64,000 nt of DNA from an uncultured Sphaerobacteraceae bacterium (GTDB lineage Bacteria > Chloroflexota > Chloroflexia > Thermomicrobiales > UBA6265). The notes under the pieces were generated by a model, which was not told the origin of the DNA, ran no database searches, and saw only the letters and a list, made by a program, of their open reading frames with translations. Shown here in pieces: positions 19,775 through 26,134 of the stretch (its first letter is position 1; the number at the start of each line of letters is the position of its first letter). The translations under genes were made by a program, and so were the position numbers. The stretch spans positions 20,775 through 84,774 of the forward strand of contig CAZGML010000003.1 in assembly GCA_964526965.1 (NCBI GenBank). Reading direction: 5' to 3'.

Positions 19775-21925
19775 ATGGCACATACACCAATCCCCTTCCA
19801 GCAACTCTACGACCGGGCATTGGAAGATACGCAGCAGAGCACCAGCCTCTCCAACTTCCAGACCTCGTGGCGAACATCTCGCGATGCCCAATTCACCGAG
19901 GTCGATTTCGGTGAACAGCGCGACCTCCTGAAAGCAGCGAAGACCGAAGCGATCGACAACCTCGATCACTATCTTGACCAATTCATCGCCGCAGCCGAGC
20001 GCGCCGGTACCAGGGTCCATCTGGCGGAAACCGCAAAAGATGCCAACGATATCGTTCGGCGCATCGCAGCCGACCGAAATGTGGATTTGGTGGCGAAATC
20101 GAAATCGATGGTCAGCGAGGAGTTGTTCCTTAACGATGCGCTCGCCGAAGACGGGATCGAGGCTGTAGAGACCGATTTGGGTGAATGGATCGTGCAACTT
20201 CGCAAGGAGCGCCCAAGCCACATGGTGATGCCAGCAATTCACCTGAGTCGTGAGCAGGTTGGCGATGTTTTCAGCGACTATTTCGACCGCAGCATCTCGC
20301 GAGAAGATGTCTCCGAACAGGTGAATGTTGCGAAGGACGAAATTCGTGATGTCTTCTTTCGCGCCGGTATGGGAATCACCGGTGCCAATGCACTCATCGC
20401 TGAAAGCGGCACCGTGATGATGGTGACGAACGAGGGCAACGGTCGGCTGACTTCGTCGATTCCGCCGGTGCATGTGGTGCTGGCGGGCATCGAGAAACTG
20501 GTGCCGACCTATGAAGACGCAATGACGCAGATTCGTCTGCTGGCACGCAATGCAACGAGTCAGCGCATCACGTCGTACACCACGTTTATTCAGGGGCCAA
20601 CTCCCGGCCATGAGCAACACATTGTGCTGGTGGATAACGGCCGCCGCAAAATGCGGGAAATGCCGGAGTTCAAGGATGCACTCCACTGTATCCGATGCGC
20701 AGCTTGCGCCAATGTCTGTCCGCCATATCGGGAGGTTGGTGGCCACGTATTCGGGCATGTTTACACGGGCGCCATCGGGTTGGTAGTCACACCATTCCAT
20801 CACTCGCTGGAAGATATCGCCGGACCACAAAGCCTCTGCCTGAGCTGTAACGCCTGCGAAGTGGTGTGTCCGGTCGAGATCCCGCTCCCCCGCCAAATCC
20901 TGGATGTGCGGGAGATGGTGGTCAAACAGCAGGGAATGAAGCGTGCCAAGCAACTGATACTGAAGGCCTACTCGAACCCGAGCGTTAGCAACATCCTTCT
21001 CAAAATCGGCAGCAAGTTGCAGAAGCCGTTTGTACGCAAGGGCGGGTATATCCGTATGCGCAGGGCGCCAATTATCAACAAACAAACACGCTGGAGAAGC
21101 TTCCCGGCCCTGGCTGATCCGCGCCTCGAGGAGCGCGTAAAAGGCTCAACACCCGCTGTACCGCGAATAGAGAACCAGGCCGCCGGTATGAAGGTGGCGC
21201 TCTTCCCGGGCTGCATGACCGACCGCATGTACCCGGAACAGGGAATAGCTACGCTCAAGGTGCTTTCGGCGCTCGATGTTGAGGTCGTCAATCCGCCAAA
21301 TCTTCATTGCTGCGGCCTGATTCCGCACAACTCCGGCAATGTAGAGGACGCGAAGGCCCTGGCGTTGCAGACGATCTCCCGGCTCGAGGATTTGGCGGTC
21401 GATGCCATCATTTCGCCAAGTGCGAGTTGTGTGGCGATGATGGCGCAGGACTACCTCCACCTCTTCCGGTACGATACCGAGGCCCTGCCGCGAGCACAGG
21501 CGATCGCCGACAAGGTGATCGATTTCACCAAATTCCTGGTGGATGTGGCACAGATTCAACCTGGCGTCCTGGCTGCCAGTGAGCGTCGCGAGATCACCTA
21601 TCACGACAGTTGCCAGGGATTGAACGCGCTCGGGTTGCTGGATGAGCCGCGCTATCTCATCGAAGAAGTGATGGGTGACCATATCGTGGAGCTGCCAGAG
21701 CAGCTCTGCTGCGGGTTCGGTGGATCATTTAGCATCGAGCAGCCGGTTGTTTCGAAGCGGTTGCTGGCTCGCAAGTTGAACGACGCTGAAGCTACTGGCA
21801 CGCGTACGATCGTCTCCGATAACCAGGGATGCATCATGCACCTTCGGGGTGGAATCGATGCCGATGGCCGGGAGATTGAAGTCAGGCATCTTGCCGAATT
21901 GCTGGCGGAACGCATCGCCGATTAG
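19775..21925 (+). CDS. lutB: LutB-LutA fusion: Fe-S lactate-utilisation oxidoreductase with C-terminal CCG-domain module
   Basis: aa 1-470: LutB (LUD domain SHMVMPAIH, GITGANALIAESGTVMMVTNEGNGR). Two ferredoxin motifs: CIRCAACANVCPPY and CLSCNACEVVCPVE. From M472 (nt 21188): LutA-like with Cys-rich CCG motifs FPGCMTD...LHCCG and YHDSCQG...LCCGFGG. One uninterrupted 716-aa frame. Confidence 0.85.
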   Translation: MAHTPIPFQQLYDRALEDTQQSTSLSNFQTSWRTSRDAQFTEVDFGEQRDLLKAAKTEAIDNLDHYLDQFIAAAERAGTRVHLAETAKDANDIVRRIAADRNVDLVAKSKSMVSEELFLNDALAEDGIEAVETDLGEWIVQLRKERPSHMVMPAIHLSREQVGDVFSDYFDRSISREDVSEQVNVAKDEIRDVFFRAGMGITGANALIAESGTVMMVTNEGNGRLTSSIPPVHVVLAGIEKLVPTYEDAMTQIRLLARNATSQRITSYTTFIQGPTPGHEQHIVLVDNGRRKMREMPEFKDALHCIRCAACANVCPPYREVGGHVFGHVYTGAIGLVVTPFHHSLEDIAGPQSLCLSCNACEVVCPVEIPLPRQILDVREMVVKQQGMKRAKQLILKAYSNPSVSNILLKIGSKLQKPFVRKGGYIRMRRAPIINKQTRWRSFPALADPRLEERVKGSTPAVPRIENQAAGMKVALFPGCMTDRMYPEQGIATLKVLSALDVEVVNPPNLHCCGLIPHNSGNVEDAKALALQTISRLEDLAVDAIISPSASCVAMMAQDYLHLFRYDTEALPRAQAIADKVIDFTKFLVDVAQIQPGVLAASERREITYHDSCQGLNALGLLDEPRYLIEEVMGDHIVELPEQLCCGFGGSFSIEQPVVSKRLLARKLNDAEATGTRTIVSDNQGCIMHLRGGIDADGREIEVRHLAELLAERIAD

Positions 21926-21995
21926 GGCATGGGCGCACCCGATTTGGTTACTATAGAAGGTGAACAGCGCCGTCCGTCGCGCGGGAGGATGGTTC

Positions 21996-22460
21996 GTGCC
22001 GAAATCCATCGATTGGAATATCTACACCATCCTGATGGTCGCGTTGGTACCGGCACTATTGCTGGCTGCCTGGGGCCTGGAAACGTGGGATACACATCAG
22101 CTCCACCAACTGCAGTGCACTGTCGCCATGGAGTGGCTGGAGGAAAGCGAGGACCTCGCACCACAGTTCGTCCAGGCAGGCTCAATGGACCAGACGATGC
22201 TCTGGATATCCTCATTCGAGGAAATCGAGGCGCCAATAGCAGCAGGAGATCTCCGCTGGGGCATTCTTGAATCCGCACGCTATCACGAACAGCACTACCC
22301 TGACCTGCCAACCGATGAGCCCGGCGTGCTCAATCCACCAAACGGGCTATTCGAGCGTCAGATCACGGACGGTGCAAACAGGCTGGTGGACCATTGTCCG
22401 GAAACCAGCGATGAACTGACGACGGCATTTCCAATGATTTTTAGAGAGGATAATTCGTGA
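21996..22460 (+). CDS. Hypothetical single-pass membrane protein
   Basis: Start set to GTG 21996, preceded by GGGAGGA (the listed start is 21960). One TM (IYTILMVALVPALLLAAWGL), then an acidic ~120-aa domain with two Cys. Its stop overlaps the moaC GTG by 4 nt. No family recognised. Confidence 0.5.
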   Translation: MPKSIDWNIYTILMVALVPALLLAAWGLETWDTHQLHQLQCTVAMEWLEESEDLAPQFVQAGSMDQTMLWISSFEEIEAPIAAGDLRWGILESARYHEQHYPDLPTDEPGVLNPPNGLFERQITDGANRLVDHCPETSDELTTAFPMIFREDNS

Positions 22461-23068
22461 GCAAACTTAATCACTTCAACGAATCCGGCGGCGCACATAT
22501 GGTCGACATCAGCGCCAAGGACGAAACGGTACGTATCGCGGTGGCCTCTGCGCGAATCACCATGCAGCCGGAAACAGCCGAGGTTATTCGCAATGGCACA
22601 GCCCAGAAGGGCGATGTGTTGGGCGTCGCGCAGGTGGCCGGTATTATGGCCGCCAAAAACACTCCGCAGATCGTGCCGATGTGCCACCCGCTTATGCTTA
22701 CAGGTACCGACATTGAATTTGAAGTGCAGGATGCCGCGGTGGATATCCAGGCAACGGTAAAGACCACCGGCAAAACTGGCGTCGAAATGGAAGCACTCAC
22801 AGCGGCGAGCGTTGCCGCTTTAACGATTTACGATATGGTGAAAGCAATGGACAGAGGCATGACGGTAGAGGAAATTCAGGTGGAATCCAAATCCGGTGGC
22901 GCAAGTGGAGACTGGCAGCGTGAGACAAACGATGCCGCCAATTGCGTTGATGGTGTGTGCGAAGTCGATTTCGGCGGCGATGCGCCGGAAGTAAATCTCG
23001 GAGCGCTGGCCTCGTTAGGTTCGACGCAAGAGTCGACTGATAAAGCTGGAAGCGGTAAAAAATCCTGA
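22457..23068 (+). CDS. moaC: Cyclic pyranopterin monophosphate synthase MoaC with ~45-aa C-terminal tail
   Basis: GGAHMVDISAKDETVRIAVA, KGDVLGVAQVAGIMAAKNTPQIVPMCHPL, TGKTGVEMEALTAASVAALTIYDMVKA and SKSGGASGDW are canonical MoaC blocks. An extra tail ...NCVDGVCEVDFGGDAPEV...KAGSGKKS follows the usual end. GTG start with AGAGAGGA RBS. Confidence 0.93.
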   Translation: MSKLNHFNESGGAHMVDISAKDETVRIAVASARITMQPETAEVIRNGTAQKGDVLGVAQVAGIMAAKNTPQIVPMCHPLMLTGTDIEFEVQDAAVDIQATVKTTGKTGVEMEALTAASVAALTIYDMVKAMDRGMTVEEIQVESKSGGASGDWQRETNDAANCVDGVCEVDFGGDAPEVNLGALASLGSTQESTDKAGSGKKS

Positions 23069-23238
23069 CGGAAATTCCGTCCCGCAATGGCCAGAAATTG
23101 CGTACACTTGATTGCGTAGTTAGGCGCTGCACATATTGGATGCTTCCTGGTGGGGAAGAGCCCGTATGAGGCGACGAGGGAGAGAGATGGGCGATACTCC
23201 GGCCGGACCACCCATCAACCGAACAAGAGAGGTAGAAC

Positions 23239-24129
23239 ATGGCTGCGACCACTAATCAATTTCGGGTGGGTGCGGGTGCCGGTTTGGTGCCGGGGTCCGA
23301 ACGCACACTCTGGTATTTCTTGCGAATATCCGGTTTGGTGCTGATGATATTCGTGCTGATCCATCTGTTCGTCACCCATTACGTTAACGTTCCGAGTCAA
23401 ACAGATTTCAACTACGTGGCGGCACGTTGGTCGAATCCGCTGTGGCGTACGTTCTCCGTTATCCTGCTCCTCTCGGCTGTCTGGCACGGAATCGTCGGCA
23501 TGCGCATGGTGCTCACGGATGTGTTCAAGAGCAAGGTCTGGCGCCAGATCTCGTACGGGATTAACTGGTTTATCGGTATCGCGTTCACCATTCTCGGTAT
23601 CGTAACCGTGCTTGCATTCAATGAAGAAGCTGCTCGCAACAACACAGGTCCCCTGGCCGACCAAATGTGGATCGGTGACCTCATCGGTTATTCATTGTTC
23701 GTCTTTTCCGGTGCTGCCTATATCGCCATTATCCTGCTGGCTGTCTGGGTGATTCAGAACCTTCGTGAAGGCCGAACCCCCGTTTACCATGGCGACGTCG
23801 GCCAGTACGCCTGGATCCTGCACCGTGCTTCCGGTGTTGGCCTCGTCTTCTTCCTGCTCGTTCACGTGATTGATATCATGCTGGTGGGGCTTGGAAGCGA
23901 TGTCTACGATCACACCGTTGCCTTCTACGCCAACTGGTTTGTGATTCCGATGGAGATCATGCTCGTTGGCGCGGTCATCTATCACACACTGAACGGCCTC
24001 CGCGTTATGGCCATCAACTTCATGGAGAAGGGGCCGGTGAAGGAAGCCAAGGCGTTCTGGTGGGTGCTGGGCGCAACAGTTGTTCTCACCATTCCGAGCG
24101 CGATTGTGATCCTGATTCACGAGCTCTAA
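23239..24129 (+). CDS. Fused SdhD-like / SdhC-like membrane protein (succinate dehydrogenase or fumarate reductase membrane-anchor family), 7 predicted helices
   Basis: N-half: ERTLWYFLRISGLVLMIFVLIHLF and AVWHGIVGMRMVLTDV (actinobacterial SdhD-type R-x-SG and H-G-x-x-G-x-R-x-x-x-D patterns). C-half: WILHRASGVGLVFFLLVH and VIYHTLNGLRVMAINF (SdhC-type HR-x-SG and H-x-x-NG-x-R). One additional hydrophobic helix lies between the halves. No sdhA/sdhB nearby. Confidence 0.6.
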   Translation: MAATTNQFRVGAGAGLVPGSERTLWYFLRISGLVLMIFVLIHLFVTHYVNVPSQTDFNYVAARWSNPLWRTFSVILLLSAVWHGIVGMRMVLTDVFKSKVWRQISYGINWFIGIAFTILGIVTVLAFNEEAARNNTGPLADQMWIGDLIGYSLFVFSGAAYIAIILLAVWVIQNLREGRTPVYHGDVGQYAWILHRASGVGLVFFLLVHVIDIMLVGLGSDVYDHTVAFYANWFVIPMEIMLVGAVIYHTLNGLRVMAINFMEKGPVKEAKAFWWVLGATVVLTIPSAIVILIHEL

Positions 24130-24153
24130 AGGGCACATAAATTGCATAGATGG

Positions 24154-24188
24154 AACAGGGAAGCGGATGCGCCGCTTCCCTGTTTTGC
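24154..24188 (+). terminator. Intrinsic terminator after the SdhDC-like gene
   Basis: aacagggaagcgg-atgcg-ccgcttccctgtt followed by ttgc. 13-bp stem starting 25 nt after the stop. Confidence 0.7.
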
Positions 24189-24227
24189 TATCGCTTGTTT
24201 GGGCGTCTATCGCCCCGGGGTCAGATC

Positions 24228-25304
24228 ATGAACGATCGTGAAAGTGCCGAGAACGCCGCTGAGGATGCCGGTCTCAAATATGTCACCGATTCCTCTCCGG
24301 GCATCACCCGCCACCGCGCTGGCAAGGGAGTGTTTTATCGAGATTCCAACGGTGAAAAGGTGGAAGACGAAAAACACCTCGAGCGCATCAAGTCCCTCGC
24401 TATTCCGCCTGCCTGGAATGACGTGTGGATTGCGAAATCACCGAACGCACACTTGCAGGCAACCGGTCGCGACGCGAGGGACAGGAAGCAGTATCGGTAC
24501 CATCCTCGTTGGGCCGAGGTCCGCGACAAGGCCAAGTTCGAACACGTTGTGGCATTTGGCAATGCCCTGCCCGGGATTCGTGAACGCGTGGATGCCGACA
24601 TGCGGAAACACGGACTGCCACGCGAAAAGGTGCTGGCTGCATTGGTAAAGCTGCTGGAGCTCACACTGATCCGTGTTGGTAACGACGAGTACGCAAAAAC
24701 GAACAAGTCGTTCGGACTCACCACCATGCGCGATCGACATGCCGATATCGATGGCTCCACCATCTCATTTTCATTCGTTGGCAAAGGCGGAATCGATCAC
24801 GAAATCGATCTGCAAGATCGACGGCTGGCGACGATTGTACGCAAGTGTCAGGATCTGCCAGGGCAGCGACTGTTTCAGTATGTCGACGAAGATGGAGAAC
24901 AGCAACACATCCACTCGGAGGATATCAACAGCTATGTCAAGGAGATATCCGGGCAGGATTTTACCGCCAAGGATTATCGGACCTGGGCGGGCACCATGCT
25001 GGCGGCGGAGGCACTGGCGGAGCTGGATATTGCCCCCGACGAGACAACAGCGAAGAGCAATGTTGTAGAGGCAATCGAAAACGTTTCCAAACATCTTGGC
25101 AACACGCCCACTATCTGCAGGAAGTGTTATGTACATCCGGCGGTGATTGATGCATATATTGAAGGAGAAACGATCTCCTCGATCAAACAGCGGGCTGAAA
25201 ATCACAAAACGAAATCAGAGTTATCGCCGTTGGAAAGCGCGGTCCTCGAGCTACTGGTACAGAAGATCGGCTCCGGTGAGCTGGTATCGGCGAAATCGAA
25301 CTAG
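24228..25304 (+). CDS. DNA topoisomerase IB (bacterial poxvirus-like type)
   Basis: GLKYVTDSSPGITRHRAGKGVFYRD, IPPAWNDVWI, LQATGRDARDRKQYRYHPRW, FGLTTMRDRH, DFTAKDYRTWAGT and the active-site tyrosine context LGNTPTICRKCYVHP. Start moved to ATG 24228 (MNDRES...), which lies downstream of the terminator at 24154..24188. Confidence 0.88.
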   Translation: MNDRESAENAAEDAGLKYVTDSSPGITRHRAGKGVFYRDSNGEKVEDEKHLERIKSLAIPPAWNDVWIAKSPNAHLQATGRDARDRKQYRYHPRWAEVRDKAKFEHVVAFGNALPGIRERVDADMRKHGLPREKVLAALVKLLELTLIRVGNDEYAKTNKSFGLTTMRDRHADIDGSTISFSFVGKGGIDHEIDLQDRRLATIVRKCQDLPGQRLFQYVDEDGEQQHIHSEDINSYVKEISGQDFTAKDYRTWAGTMLAAEALAELDIAPDETTAKSNVVEAIENVSKHLGNTPTICRKCYVHPAVIDAYIEGETISSIKQRAENHKTKSELSPLESAVLELLVQKIGSGELVSAKSN

Positions 25305-25855
25305 CGCTGATCCCGCAACAGGAGCGCCCATTCGGCGAGCCGTTCCACCAGCATCTCCATGTGGTCGCGGGCAGACTGATCGGTGAGCTCGCCCAGGTTA
25401 TTGAACTTGTCCTCGACGAAGGTCACATATACTTCCGGTTCCGGAATAGTGATGGCGCCCATGCTCAGGAAGACCTGGCGTAGATGCATCTGGGCGCGAA
25501 CGGTACCAGCCCTCTCGATACTGGCGCTGGCGATGCCGATCGGTTTGCCACGGAGCGGCGAACGCCCCTTAGGCGTGGCGGCCCAATCGAGCGCATTTTT
25601 CAGCACACCGGGGATGGAATAGGCATACTCCGGCGTGCATACCAGAACGGCATCGGCGCGGCGGAGGGCGTTACGGAAATCTCGTACAGTCGGGAGTTGC
25701 TCGGCGTCAGCATGATCGGGATTATAAAAGGGCAACGCGGTTACGGGGAATTCCGCCAGGTGAACCCCCTCCGGTTGCAGCAACATAGCGGTGCGTAGTA
25801 GCCCGCGATTGTAGCTATATTCCCGTGTGCTTCCTACAAGAGCAACGATCTCCAC
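25301..25855 (-). CDS. NADPH-dependent FMN reductase family protein
   Basis: VEIVALVGSTREYSYNRGLL (flavodoxin-like start) and LVCTPEYAYSIPGVLKNALDW. Start set to GTG 25855 (184 aa, the typical family size). The listed ORF adds 59 N-terminal residues that do not look like protein. Its stop overlaps the TopIB stop (CTAG). Confidence 0.85.
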   Translation of the reverse strand: MEIVALVGSTREYSYNRGLLRTAMLLQPEGVHLAEFPVTALPFYNPDHADAEQLPTVRDFRNALRRADAVLVCTPEYAYSIPGVLKNALDWAATPKGRSPLRGKPIGIASASIERAGTVRAQMHLRQVFLSMGAITIPEPEVYVTFVEDKFNNLGELTDQSARDHMEMLVERLAEWALLLRDQR

Positions 25856-26134
25856 ATGATCTTGCGGCTCCAAAGTCTTCCCTACTTCCCCACAATTCAG
25901 CCGAATTTGCTCAATGGTAGCGCAGGAGTGCTGCCAAGACACGGAGTTATGGAGAAACGTCACCCCAAAAGAGCGAGATAAAAGAATGTGCCCTACACTA
26001 GAGAGTGAACAAATGGCACTCACTCCCATCAAACGTCGCTACGTTTGGTGGCGGACAGCAGCGTTGTTGGTCCGCAGCTGTGATCGTTTTGCGGGAGAGG
26101 CAGACGATCACGCAAACAGAAAGGTTCAAATGTT

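Noticed and set aside
19601-21085. 494-aa minus-strand ORF antisense to lutBA
   Set aside because: It lies fully inside a plus-strand gene with unmistakable LutB/LutA motifs. Its translation is Arg/His/Cys/Leu-rich with no recognisable domain. This is a typical shadow ORF of a GC-rich genome.
24228-25304. Topoisomerase IB as a marker of a prophage or integrative element
   Set aside because: There are no integrase, recombinase, phage structural or plasmid genes and no flanking direct repeats. No compositional shift is visible by eye around it. The neighbours are housekeeping genes.
25856-26032. N-terminal 59-residue extension of the FMN reductase ORF, and similar extensions
   Set aside because: The other extended ORFs are 1105..1767, 2407..3690, 10370..11371, 24150..25304, 33425..33970, 33739..34767, 34313..35083, 44546..45649 and 48222..48836. 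The extensions lack family similarity, overlap neighbouring genes or terminators, and internal starts with RBS give canonical protein lengths. I trimmed the starts instead of calling fusions or novel domains.
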